A DNA stretch of 64,000 nucleotides from Candidatus Shapirobacteria bacterium (lineage in GTDB: Bacteria; Patescibacteriota; Microgenomatia; UBA12405), in contig JBAZTV010000001.1 in assembly GCA_041661765.1 (NCBI GenBank), positions 300,791 through 364,790 on the forward strand. The letters run 5' to 3'. The position numbers and the translations under genes are program-made. Of this stretch, positions 37,417 to 47,073 are shown in pieces. Numbering within the stretch: position 1 is the stretch's first letter; the number at the start of each line of letters is the position of its first letter. The notes below the pieces were generated by a model. The model did no database searches. It saw only the letters and a list, made by a program, of their open reading frames with translations, and was not told where the DNA came from.

Positions 37417-38850
37417 ATGACTAATGATAATAAATTAACTCGTCCACCAATTGTTGCTTTTATGGGTCATATTGATCATGGTAAAACCACCCTTTTAGAT
37501 AAAATTCGTTCCACTAATGTTTGGAAAAAAGAGGCTGGTGGAATCACTCAACACATTGGTGCTTATCAAGCTAAAGTTACTGAAAAAGACGGCCAAATTA
37601 AATTAATTACCTTTATTGACACTCCTGGACATGCTGCTTTTATTAACATGCGCGCATGTGGTGCTAAAGCTACCGATATGGTTGTTTTGGTAATTTCTGC
37701 TGTTGAAGGTATCATGCCTCAAACCAAAGAATGTCTTGATCATATCAAAAAATGTGAATTACCCTTTATTGTTGCCATGAACAAAGTTGATCTCGAAAAT
37801 GCTGCTCCCGACAAAGTAAAAGGCCAATTAGTTGAATTAGGATTTACTCCTGAAGAATATGGTGGTCAAACTGCTGTTATCCCTGTCTCTGCTAAAACCG
37901 GCGAAGGTATTGATAAATTGTTGGAAATGATTCTTGTGAACGCTGAAGTATTAGAACTAACTGCCGATCCTAAGGGAGATTTTGAAGCCGCCATCATTGA
38001 ATCGCGCCTGGATAAAAATCGCGGTCCAGTCGCTTCTTTAATTATTAATAATGGCACTCTAAAAATTGGTAACATTATTTTTTCAGAAGACATCCTTTGT
38101 AAAGTTAAGGCAATGATTGATTGTAATGGTCAACAATTAAAAGAAGCTGGTCCTAGCACTCCAGTTGAGGTTTTAGGTTTTGAAAAAGTTCCCACTGTTA
38201 GCAGTTTAGTCACATCAAATAAAACTAAATCAACTAGTGATAAACAAACCAAAGTTTTATTGGAATCAACTGAAGAAAATCCAAAATTAAAAGTAATTTT
38301 AAAAGCTGATGTTAAAGGTACTTTAGAGGCTTTAGAAAACAGTTTTAATGAGGATGTTATAGTTATCTCTTCTGGAATTGGAGCTGTCACTGACAATGAT
38401 GTTTTTTTAGCAGAAGCTGCTAAGGCTCAAATTTTTGCTTTCAATGTTTCCACTCCAAAACACATTTCTCAAATTGCCGAAAGTTCCAAAGTTAGAATTT
38501 TTGAATCCCGAATTATTTACGAAATTATTGAAGATATTCAAAACCAAGTATTACATCTTCTCGAGCCAACCATCGACGAAACAGTTTTGGGTGAAGGATT
38601 AATTAAGGCCGAATTCAAAATAGATAAAGTTCGTATTTCTGGCGTTCAGTGTACTAAAGGTGAGATTTCAAAAGGGGATTTAATTCACCTCAAACGAGAC
38701 GGAAAAATTATTAAAGACACTAAGGTCGAAGGTATTCATCAGGGTAAAAATATTATTGAAAAGTTAAAATCAGGCAACGATTGTGGTATGACTTTTAAAC
38801 CTTATATTGACTTTAAAGTAGGGGATGCTATAATAGCCTATAAGAATTAA
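37417..38850 (+). CDS. infB: translation initiation factor IF-2 (compact form lacking long N-terminal region)
   Basis: G domain motifs AFMGHIDHGKTTLLD, DTPGHAAF, NKVD, SAK; downstream IF2 beta-barrel domains. Confidence 0.85.
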   Translation: MTNDNKLTRPPIVAFMGHIDHGKTTLLDKIRSTNVWKKEAGGITQHIGAYQAKVTEKDGQIKLITFIDTPGHAAFINMRACGAKATDMVVLVISAVEGIMPQTKECLDHIKKCELPFIVAMNKVDLENAAPDKVKGQLVELGFTPEEYGGQTAVIPVSAKTGEGIDKLLEMILVNAEVLELTADPKGDFEAAIIESRLDKNRGPVASLIINNGTLKIGNIIFSEDILCKVKAMIDCNGQQLKEAGPSTPVEVLGFEKVPTVSSLVTSNKTKSTSDKQTKVLLESTEENPKLKVILKADVKGTLEALENSFNEDVIVISSGIGAVTDNDVFLAEAAKAQIFAFNVSTPKHISQIAESSKVRIFESRIIYEIIEDIQNQVLHLLEPTIDETVLGEGLIKAEFKIDKVRISGVQCTKGEISKGDLIHLKRDGKIIKDTKVEGIHQGKNIIEKLKSGNDCGMTFKPYIDFKVGDAIIAYKN

Positions 38851-38868
38851 AAATTAGCAGGTCTTCTT

Positions 38869-39564
38869 ATGAAAAACTATCAAGTTCAAGAAATTAAAAA
38901 CTTACTAGGAACCGCCAAAACGGCTCTCATTGCTGTTCCTCAATTAAACATCGACAGTGTTGGTTCAGCGCTTGCATTTGCTCTACTTTTAAAAAAATCT
39001 AATATTACCACTAAAGTTTTTTGTCCACACAAAACCGATGCTAATTATACTAAACTAAATGGCCTCGACCTTTTAACTGATATTTACAATCAAAATGATT
39101 TAATTGTCACTCTTGATTATCCTTTAGATCAAATCGAAAAAGTTACCTACAATCAAGATAATGGCAAGTTAAATTTAGTTGTCCAAACTAAAGACGGTTC
39201 TCCAAAAGTTGCCGAAAATCAAATTTTAATCAGTAACCAGGCCAGTGCCGCTGATATTAACTTTATTTTAGGTGACGAAACACTCTTAGGCACTAATGCT
39301 AATATGATTAATAAAGGTAATTGGATTAATATTTCTCCTGCTAATATCGAAAAAACTTGGGCTAAGGTCAATATTATAGACCAAGACGCTCCTTTTTCTG
39401 AAATTTTAACCTTCTTATTACCAATGCTCGATTTACAGTTAACTCCAGAGTCAGCTAAAAATCTTTTGATTGCTCTTAGAATCGCTACTCAATCTTTTTC
39501 AGTCAATGTTTCTCCAGAAACTTTTGAAGCTGGTGCTAATTGTCTCCGTGCCACCCAAGTCTAA
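38869..39564 (+). CDS. DHH-family (NrnA-like) protein with degenerate metal-binding motifs
   Basis: Position and fold-like pattern of NrnA N-terminal domain but first motif is NIDSVGS rather than DGDxxGS. Confidence 0.35.
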   Translation: MKNYQVQEIKNLLGTAKTALIAVPQLNIDSVGSALAFALLLKKSNITTKVFCPHKTDANYTKLNGLDLLTDIYNQNDLIVTLDYPLDQIEKVTYNQDNGKLNLVVQTKDGSPKVAENQILISNQASAADINFILGDETLLGTNANMINKGNWINISPANIEKTWAKVNIIDQDAPFSEILTFLLPMLDLQLTPESAKNLLIALRIATQSFSVNVSPETFEAGANCLRATQV

Positions 39565-39585
39565 TTTATAAATAATTAAATAACC

Positions 39586-39612
39586 AAAAGCCCCGTTCCT
39601 CGGGGCTTTTTT
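39586..39612. terminator. bidirectional rho-independent terminator
   Basis: AAAAGCCCCG-TTCCT-CGGGGCTTTTTT (A-tract before, T-tract after). Confidence 0.7.
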
Positions 39613-39653
39613 GTTATTATTTAATTTTTTTTAAAAAAATATATAATAATTGT

Positions 39654-40589
39654 ATGTCTGAACAAAAAAACAACCCACCACCACAAGAATTAGTTATCTC
39701 TGAACCAAAAACAATAGAATATGACTTGCCTTATATTCATATTCCCAACGGATATCCAGAAAATGACCAAATACACACAGTTATTAATCAAAAAAATGAA
39801 CCAATAAAAGAAGAATTAAAAGAATTTTTTACCCCCGAAATGGTATCACGCTTAATTAAATGTCCAAAAATAAACATAGACGAAACAGATGATTGGGGGA
39901 TGTTTGGTTATGAACCAGGTTATTTTTTTATTTGTGGAATTAAATATAAAGGCGACAAGACTCTTAATGATATGGCTTTATTAAATGGTATGACTCTTAA
40001 AAACTCCACAACTAAAACAGGTTATGAAATAACCGAAATTAGTCATGCAGACTCTTTTCCAAGAAATAAATACATTTATCAAACTATAACTGTTGAGAAA
40101 ACTCCAAAAACGTTTACTTTTTTAAGGAATTTATTAGAAGGTGTTGATGGTGATGATTTATCAACTTATCCAACAGAAGATTTGCTTTTTAATTTAAAAA
40201 AAATAAGAGATCAAAGGGAAATACCAGATGTTCTTTTAGAATCAGCAGAACGTTTTAGATCGTCTATTAAGGAATCAAGAGACCCAGATTATTCTGCCCA
40301 AATGGCTGACAAATATGAACAAGAAGCAGAAAAAAAGAAACAGGAAACACCTATAAACACATTAAAATCATTAGAAATAATCAATATTCTTCAAGAAAGA
40401 AAAATAGTTGACTCAACAATTTTAAATATTATTAATAGCTCATATAAATACGAAGAGAAAAGAATCAAACAAGACATAAACCAAGCCAAATTAAATGGTA
40501 ATAATCAATTAGCCGAAGAAATTACTACTTTTTTCAAAAGAATTGAGCCACTTTTAGAAAATAATCAGAAACAATTAACAAGTAATTAA
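39654..40589 (+). CDS. hypothetical protein (acidic/lysine-rich, no recognisable domain)
   Basis: 311-aa ORF isolated between a strong terminator and the rpsO promoter. Confidence 0.4.
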   Translation: MSEQKNNPPPQELVISEPKTIEYDLPYIHIPNGYPENDQIHTVINQKNEPIKEELKEFFTPEMVSRLIKCPKINIDETDDWGMFGYEPGYFFICGIKYKGDKTLNDMALLNGMTLKNSTTKTGYEITEISHADSFPRNKYIYQTITVEKTPKTFTFLRNLLEGVDGDDLSTYPTEDLLFNLKKIRDQREIPDVLLESAERFRSSIKESRDPDYSAQMADKYEQEAEKKKQETPINTLKSLEIINILQERKIVDSTILNIINSSYKYEEKRIKQDINQAKLNGNNQLAEEITTFFKRIEPLLENNQKQLTSN

Positions 40590-40680
40590 TTTCTATGTTA
40601 TAATCTCATCTGACTAAGAACGGTTTTTGGGTAGCCATTCCCAAATATTATAAATTTACCGATTTTAGCCGCATAATCCT

Positions 40681-40950
40681 ATGGCATTAACCACAGAAGA
40701 AAAAAAAGTTATTATTGAAAAGTTTGCCCAAGATAAGGGTGACACTGGTTCTCCAGAAGTTCAAATTGCCATTTTAAGCAAAGAAATCGAAAAACTCCAA
40801 GGTCATCTAACTGAAAACAAGCACGATTCTCCAGCTAAGCGCGGAATTTTAAGCAAAATCTCCAAAAGACGACGTTTACTCCGCTACATCTCAACACATA
40901 ATCCTGAAAGATACGCAGCTATAATCAAATCTCTTGGTCTTAAGAAATAA
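40681..40950 (+). CDS. rpsO: 30S ribosomal protein S15
   Basis: 89 aa, S15 signature (GDTGSPEVQIAILS...HLTENKHDSPAKRGIL). Confidence 0.9.
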   Translation: MALTTEEKKVIIEKFAQDKGDTGSPEVQIAILSKEIEKLQGHLTENKHDSPAKRGILSKISKRRRLLRYISTHNPERYAAIIKSLGLKK

Positions 40951-40976
40951 TTTTAAATTTTAGTTATAATTAATTT

Positions 40977-43184
40977 ATGGAAATGAATACAAAAGATATT
41001 TTAGTTGGCGATAAAAAAATTACCCTTTCAACTGGTAAATTAGCTCCTCAAACCAATGCCTCTGTCGTGGCTCAATACGGCAATACTACTGTTTTAGCCA
41101 CTGTTGTCATGGGTAAAATTGATGATTCTAAGGACTATTTTCCTTTATCAATCGAATTTGTTGACAAACTTTATGCTGGAGGCATCGTAAAAGGTAGTAA
41201 ATGGATGAAACGCGATGGTGGTCCATCCGACTCAGCTGTTCTTTTTGGCCGAATTATTGATCGATCTCTTCGTCCACTTTTTCCATTCGATTTTTTAAAT
41301 GAAGTTCAAATTATTGTTACTGTTTTAAGTAATGATAAAAATAATGATGTTATCATTCCTGCCTTTACTGCAGCTTCTGCTGCTTTGGCTATTTCCGACA
41401 TTCCTTTTAACGGTCCAGTTTCTGCCGTTCGTGTTGGTTTAATTGATGAAAAATTAGTCTTAAACCCTTCCAATGAAAAATTAAAAAATTCCGACCTAGA
41501 TCTTTTAGTTTGCACTGGCAATGTTGGTATCAATATGATTGAGGCTGAAGCCAACATCATTAATAATGATATTGCTCTAAAAGCCATTGAATTGGCCAAA
41601 ACTACCGGCGACGAAATCAATAAAGAAATTGTTGCTTGGGCAAAAACTTGTGGAAAAGAAAAAATTAAATATCAACCATCTGGTCCGTCTAGTGATTTAA
41701 TCAACGAAGTCGATTCCAAAATTAAAACAGAAGTCGAAGCCTTTTTAGAAGCTGGTGTTGACGGTGGTCACATGATTGGTCAAGACAAAATTGTCGATCA
41801 AATTCTTGAAGATTATAAATCTAAAATTGAATCCAATGAAATTTCTAAAAATCATTTAGTTGCTGCTGTTGATTTTATTATTAGAAAATATCTTCGAGAA
41901 AGAACCCTAAAAGGTATTCGTTACGATCACCGAAAAATGGATGAAGTTCGTTCTTTAACTATTGAAGCTAGTGTTTTGCCTTGTGTTCATGGTTCTGCTT
42001 TTTTTCAAAGAGGATTAACTCAAGCCATCACTATCACTACACTTGCTCCTTTATCAGAAAAACAATATTTAGAAGACTCTAGTGGTGAAAAAACCAAAAG
42101 ATATATTCATTATTATTCCGCCGCTCCTTTCTCTACTGGTCAAACTGGTCGAGTCGGTCGCCCGGGTCGAAGAGAAATTGGTCATGGTGCTTTAGCTGAA
42201 AAAGCCTTAGCCCCAGTCATTCCCACTGAAGAGGAATTTCCATATACAATTCTTTTAACTTCTGAAGTTTTATCTCAAAATGGTTCGTCTTCAATGGCTT
42301 CCACTTGTGGATCCACCATGTCTTTAATGGACGCTGGCGTTCCAATTAAAGATAAAGTCGCTGGAATTTCTATCGGCTTAATTGCCGAAACTGATGATAA
42401 TTTTGTTTTATTAACCGATATTGCTGGTGTTGAAGACCACAACGGTGACATGGATTTCAAAATCACTGGCACCAGAACTGGTATCACTGCCATTCAATTA
42501 GACATCAAAAGAGCCGGTCTCACTTTAAAAATGATCACCGAAACTTTTGCCGCCAGTACTAAAGCCAGACTCCAAATTCTAGACAAAATGGAAGCTGTTT
42601 TATCAACTCCTCGAACTGAACTTTCAGAATTTGCTCCAAAAATTAAAATGGTTACCCTTCCAGAAGATAAAATTGGTGAAGTCATTGGTAGTGGTGGTAA
42701 AACCATCAAAGCATTAATGGCAAAATACGAAGTCCAAATTGATATTGATGACTTTGGAAAAGCCTCAATTTCTGCCCAAAATCAGGAAAATATTGATAAG
42801 GCTGCTTATGAAATTGAATCGATGATTAAAGAAGTTCAAATCGGTGAAGACTATGAAGGTGTTGTTACCCGAGTTGAAAACTTCGGTGCTTTCATTGAAT
42901 TTTTACCAGGTCGAGAAGCCTTGCTCCATGTTTCTGAAATGACCGGTGGGTTCTTATCTGATCCATCTTCAATTATCAAAGTTGGCGATCATCTTAATGT
43001 CAAAATTGCTGGATTCAACGATAATCATCAAATTAAATTATCATCTCCTGAATTTAAAGCAGCTCATCCAGGTCAACCTCGTGAAGAAGGTTTTGATAAT
43101 CGACAAGATAATCGAACCGGTGGTTTTAGAAACTTCACTCCACCAAGTGGTGATAATCGTCGCGAATTCCGTCCCCGCCGATAA
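40977..43184 (+). CDS. pnp: polyribonucleotide nucleotidyltransferase (PNPase)
   Basis: Two RNase PH domains, KH (GSGGKTIKAL) and S1 domain, Arg-rich tail. Confidence 0.9.
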   Translation: MEMNTKDILVGDKKITLSTGKLAPQTNASVVAQYGNTTVLATVVMGKIDDSKDYFPLSIEFVDKLYAGGIVKGSKWMKRDGGPSDSAVLFGRIIDRSLRPLFPFDFLNEVQIIVTVLSNDKNNDVIIPAFTAASAALAISDIPFNGPVSAVRVGLIDEKLVLNPSNEKLKNSDLDLLVCTGNVGINMIEAEANIINNDIALKAIELAKTTGDEINKEIVAWAKTCGKEKIKYQPSGPSSDLINEVDSKIKTEVEAFLEAGVDGGHMIGQDKIVDQILEDYKSKIESNEISKNHLVAAVDFIIRKYLRERTLKGIRYDHRKMDEVRSLTIEASVLPCVHGSAFFQRGLTQAITITTLAPLSEKQYLEDSSGEKTKRYIHYYSAAPFSTGQTGRVGRPGRREIGHGALAEKALAPVIPTEEEFPYTILLTSEVLSQNGSSSMASTCGSTMSLMDAGVPIKDKVAGISIGLIAETDDNFVLLTDIAGVEDHNGDMDFKITGTRTGITAIQLDIKRAGLTLKMITETFAASTKARLQILDKMEAVLSTPRTELSEFAPKIKMVTLPEDKIGEVIGSGGKTIKALMAKYEVQIDIDDFGKASISAQNQENIDKAAYEIESMIKEVQIGEDYEGVVTRVENFGAFIEFLPGREALLHVSEMTGGFLSDPSSIIKVGDHLNVKIAGFNDNHQIKLSSPEFKAAHPGQPREEGFDNRQDNRTGGFRNFTPPSGDNRREFRPRR

Positions 43185-43207
43185 TTCAAGCAACCAGTTC
43201 TAAATTC

Positions 43208-44284
43208 TTGTATAATTTTATAATGACTGATAATTTGTTGACCACCAAGGAGGCGATTAAGCGGCTGACTGATAAAGTTACGGCGGTTAAACTTCCTGAA
43301 AATTTAAATTCAAAATTACAGGAACTTTTTGTCCAATTGGAAATTAATTCTCGAAATGAAGAAACTTTTTGGTCAATTTATCAAAACATTTCTAAATACA
43401 TCGATTGGATTATTGCCGTTCCCTGGTTTAACCAAACTAAAGATATTTTAGATCTAAACTACGCCAAAGAAAAACTAAACGAGGAGCATTATGGTTTGGA
43501 AATAATTAAAGAAAGAATTTTGGAATATATTTCTGTCATTGCCCTTCAAAAAAGTCGTCATCCAAACGAAACTGTTCATGCTCCAGTTCTTTTATTTGTT
43601 GGTTTAGTTGGCACCGGCAAAACCACCATGGCCAAATCAATTGCTCAAGTTTTAGGCAGAGAGCTTATTAGAATTCCATTTGGCGGTTTAGGCGATGCTA
43701 ACTATCTTCGTGGTCACTCTCACACTAATCCAGATAATGAACCAGGACAAATTATTAAAGGTTTAGTTAACTGCAAAAGCAACAATCCAGTAATTTTATT
43801 AGATGAAATTGATCGTGTTGCCGATGACGCCTTAAATACTATTATGGGTGTTCTAGTTGAAATACTCGATCCAGAACAAAATAGTCACTTTATTGATCAT
43901 TATTTAGATTATCCAGTAGACCTTTCACAAGCAATTTTTTGTGCCACTTGCAATAACACTTCCCGAATTGCCACCGCCGTCATGGATCGTCTGGAAGTTA
44001 TCCAAATGCCTTCATATACTGACGAGGAGAAAACCGCCATTGCTAAAGATTATCTTTTACCCAGAGCTCTCAAAGCCACTGGTTTAACTCCAGAGGATTT
44101 AAAAATTTCTACTGATATGTGGCCTCAAATTGTTAGACCTCTTGGATTTGATGCTGGTGTTAGAACTCTTCAACGCAATATTGAAGCTATGTGTCGCAAA
44201 GTAGCCAAAATTATTTTAGAAGGCAAAACTAAACAAATTACCGTTGATGATTCCAATATCAAAACTTTTTTACCACAATGGTAA
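43208..44284 (+). CDS. Lon-type AAA+ ATPase module lacking both the long N-terminal LON domain and the C-terminal protease domain
   Basis: Collinear with LonA residues ~300-600: AVPWFNQ..., EEHYGLEIIKERILEYISV, Walker A GLVGTGKTT, NPVILLDEIDRV (Walker B), VEILDPEQNSHFIDHYLDYPVDLS, sensor-2 region; ORF ends exactly at the AAA+/protease boundary. Confidence 0.7.
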   Translation: MYNFIMTDNLLTTKEAIKRLTDKVTAVKLPENLNSKLQELFVQLEINSRNEETFWSIYQNISKYIDWIIAVPWFNQTKDILDLNYAKEKLNEEHYGLEIIKERILEYISVIALQKSRHPNETVHAPVLLFVGLVGTGKTTMAKSIAQVLGRELIRIPFGGLGDANYLRGHSHTNPDNEPGQIIKGLVNCKSNNPVILLDEIDRVADDALNTIMGVLVEILDPEQNSHFIDHYLDYPVDLSQAIFCATCNNTSRIATAVMDRLEVIQMPSYTDEEKTAIAKDYLLPRALKATGLTPEDLKISTDMWPQIVRPLGFDAGVRTLQRNIEAMCRKVAKIILEGKTKQITVDDSNIKTFLPQW

Positions 44285-44409
44285 ACAAAATAACACTTAA
44301 AACGATTTTTTAGATAAAATTAATTAAGATTTATTATTATTTCTGAACATTTTGTGGTTGCCGTTCAGATATTTATTATTATTTATATTTACAATCACAA
44401 CAAATTTTT

Positions 44410-46152
44410 ATGTTAAAACAAAAAACAAATTTTACAAATGCACCCAATCAAGTCAGAGAATATAAATCTGGAACTGATTCGGTCCGAATCAGTTCACTTG
44501 GTGGTTTCGGTGACGTTACTCAGAATATGTTCGTTTACGAATTTATTCCTAGTGGCGACGCATCCAAAAGCCAAATTATTATTGTCGACTGTGGTGTCGG
44601 TTTTCCTGAAGAAGATGCTTTTGGCGTCGATCTTCAAATACCAGACACTCACTATCTTCAAGACAAAAAAGACCGAATTTTAGGTATTTTTATAACCCAT
44701 GGTCATGAAGATCATATCGGTGCTGTCCGTTTTATTCTACCTATTCTTGGGCAGAATATTCCCATATATTCTCCCAAATTAGCCGCTGCTTTTATCGAAG
44801 CCAGACTTGGTGAAGTTCAAATTCGTGCCAATCTTCAGACTTATGACGAGTCGACTTTACCAATTGTTAAAGGTGTTTTTACTGTCGATCCAATTAGGGT
44901 TACTCATTCGATTCCTGACACTTATCATTTCGCCATCACCACCCCCATGGGTATTTTTTACCATGGTTCCGATTTTAAATTAGACCTTTTTCCTCTCGAT
45001 GGCAAAGGTGCTGATTATCAACACATTGCCCGTATTGGTGAAGGTAAAGTTATTGCTCTAATGTCTGATAGTTTAGGTTCTGATCATGAAGGTTGGTCAC
45101 CATCAGAAGGTTCTATTGCTGAAAATTTTAAAAGAGAAATAGTCTCTGCAAAAGGTCGTGTTTTTGTCACTTCAATTTCCAGTAATATCGTTCGTTGGGC
45201 TCAAGCCATTGAATATGGTAAAAGTGTTGGCCGAAAAATAGTTATTGTTGGTTTCTCTGTCGACAGAGCTATTAATATTGCTAAAGATTTAGGTTATGTA
45301 ACCCTTGCCGAGACTGATCTTATTCCTCTTGAAAGAGTTAAAAATTTTGCCGAAAATAAACTTTTATTTCTAGTTGCCGGTTTTGCCGGTCAACCAGATT
45401 CAGCTTTAAGTAAAATGATTATGGGTAAACACAGGGTAAAAGTTAAATCTGGAGATAAAGTCATTTTTTCTTCTCCAGATTACATTCCTGGTACTACTTC
45501 TAATATTTATAATATGATTGACCTTCTTTCTAAAATGGGCGCTGAAGTCATTTATGGTGAAAAAGAAGAATTACATGTTTCCGGTCATGGTTATCAAAAA
45601 GAACATGCTCTTTTAATCAGTTTATTAAAACCAAAATATTTATTACCAATTGGTGGTAATTATCGTCATCTCAAATGCTATCAACAAATGGCTAAAAAAT
45701 TAGGCTATAACGATGATCAAGTTATTTTACCCGATTTCGATGCTTCAGCCACTTTTCACAACAATGGTACAGTTGACACTAATTATCACATCTCCATCAG
45801 AAAAATTTTAATCGATGGTTTTGGAGTTGGTGATGTCGGCACTACTGTCTTACGTGATCGTAAATTATTGGCCGAAGATGGAATGTTCTCTGTTGTCCTT
45901 TTAATGGACAAAGAATCTGGCCAATTAAGTAAACCACCCGTAATTCTTAGCCGTGGTTTCGTTTTCATGAAAGAAAATACCGAACTTATGGACTTTTTAA
46001 AATTAGAGGTTAGTAACAAATTTAAACAATCCACCAGCACTCCGGCCAATATGGATTTCATTCGTGAAGAAGTTCAGGCTTATCTCGAAGAAATTATTTA
46101 CAAAAAAACCGGCCGCCAACCTATGGTCTTACCGCTGGTTATTGAGGTCTAA
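44410..46152 (+). CDS. rnj: ribonuclease J (beta-CASP metallo-beta-lactamase RNase)
   Basis: HGHEDHIGA motif, beta-CASP and C-terminal domain; 580 aa. Confidence 0.85.
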   Translation: MLKQKTNFTNAPNQVREYKSGTDSVRISSLGGFGDVTQNMFVYEFIPSGDASKSQIIIVDCGVGFPEEDAFGVDLQIPDTHYLQDKKDRILGIFITHGHEDHIGAVRFILPILGQNIPIYSPKLAAAFIEARLGEVQIRANLQTYDESTLPIVKGVFTVDPIRVTHSIPDTYHFAITTPMGIFYHGSDFKLDLFPLDGKGADYQHIARIGEGKVIALMSDSLGSDHEGWSPSEGSIAENFKREIVSAKGRVFVTSISSNIVRWAQAIEYGKSVGRKIVIVGFSVDRAINIAKDLGYVTLAETDLIPLERVKNFAENKLLFLVAGFAGQPDSALSKMIMGKHRVKVKSGDKVIFSSPDYIPGTTSNIYNMIDLLSKMGAEVIYGEKEELHVSGHGYQKEHALLISLLKPKYLLPIGGNYRHLKCYQQMAKKLGYNDDQVILPDFDASATFHNNGTVDTNYHISIRKILIDGFGVGDVGTTVLRDRKLLAEDGMFSVVLLMDKESGQLSKPPVILSRGFVFMKENTELMDFLKLEVSNKFKQSTSTPANMDFIREEVQAYLEEIIYKKTGRQPMVLPLVIEV

Positions 46153-46193
46153 AAAATTTATTTTCTTTTCATAAATTATTGTCATAATTTTCC

Positions 46194-46793
46194 GTGCCAT
46201 TAATCAATATTCAAACCAAATTTGCTGACAAATTTAAATTAAAATCATCTCGTCTTCAAAACTGGAATTATTCAACTCCAGGATATTACTTCATCACCAT
46301 CTGTACCCACAACCACAATAATTTTTTTGGAAAAATTATTAACAACAAGATGGAATTGTCAAAACGTGGTGAAATTACTAAATCTGAATTATTAAAAACA
46401 TTTGAAATCAGAAAAAATATTAAATTACATGAATGGGTAATTATGCCAAATCATGTGCATGTTTTAATGGAAATTGAAAAACAAAATTATCAACACAATA
46501 AATGTAGAGACGTAGCGCGCTACGTCTCTACAAAACTAAACAACATCTCTACAGAAGAAAATAATAAAAATTTTTCAAAAATTTCACCCAAACCAAATTC
46601 AATTTCATCAATAATACGTTCATTCAAATCAGCCGTTACCCATCAAATAAATCCCAAAACAATATTTTTTGCTTAGCAACCCCGTTTCCACGATCAGATC
46701 ATTAAAGATGAAAAAGAATATTTTTTAATCAAAAAATACATTCAAAATAATATAAAAAATTGGGATAAAGATAATTTTTTTAGTTTAAAGTAA
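46194..46793 (+). pseudogene. REP-associated tyrosine transposase (RAYT / IS200-like TnpA_REP), disrupted by in-frame REP insertion and an internal TAG
   Basis: HUH motif MPNHVHVLM; ORF stops at TAG 46674..46676 exactly where RAYTs have the conserved Trp of (I/L)WQxRF(H/Y)D; downstream frame continues QPRFHDQIIKDEKEYFLIKKYIQNNIKNW... to TAA at 46791..46793; REP hairpin 46503..46532 sits in-frame inside the gene. Confidence 0.6.
46503..46532. repeat. REP hairpin inside RAYT gene: TGTAGAGACGTAGCG|CGCTACGTCTCTACA
   Basis: Perfect 30-nt palindrome; translated in-frame as ...KCRDVARYVSTK... Confidence 0.7.
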
Positions 46794-47027
46794 ATTTCTT
46801 CCTGGGTAGTCCGGATTCATTTTTTCATCGTCGTTTACTGGTGAACAGAGTTTTATTCTGGCTGTTATTCGATTTTCGGCAATTTTTTTATGGGTTTCAA
46901 AAGCATTCATTAATTGTTTTTTTGGATCATCACTTATTTTAGTTGCCTGAGCAATTCTTTTAGCTTCTTTCGAGAAACATATTTCAGTTCCCGTTATACA
47001 TCTTTCGCATGATCTTGGTTCTGCCAT
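46785..47027 (-). CDS. hypothetical small Cys-containing protein (possible zinc-ribbon)
   Basis: 80 aa ORF with N-terminal CERC; weak. Confidence 0.3.
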   Translation of the reverse strand: MAEPRSCERCITGTEICFSKEAKRIAQATKISDDPKKQLMNAFETHKKIAENRITARIKLCSPVNDDEKMNPDYPGRNLL

Positions 47028-47073
47028 AAATATATTTTACCCTAAAAAATAAATTATTAGTTATAATAAAACC

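Noticed and set aside
44320-44380. Inverted repeat TCTGAAC-N15-GTTCAGA upstream of rnj, flanked by tttattattatt direct repeats
   Set aside because: Short 7-bp stem in very AT-rich DNA; could be an operator but is within chance expectation, so no feature called
46674-46676. TAG inside the RAYT gene as possible stop-codon reassignment
   Set aside because: TAG, TAA and TGA all terminate clearly complete genes in this window (e.g. TAG ends the DUF2298 gene at 11078, TGA ends proS at 48312), so code 11 applies and the RAYT is better explained as a pseudogene
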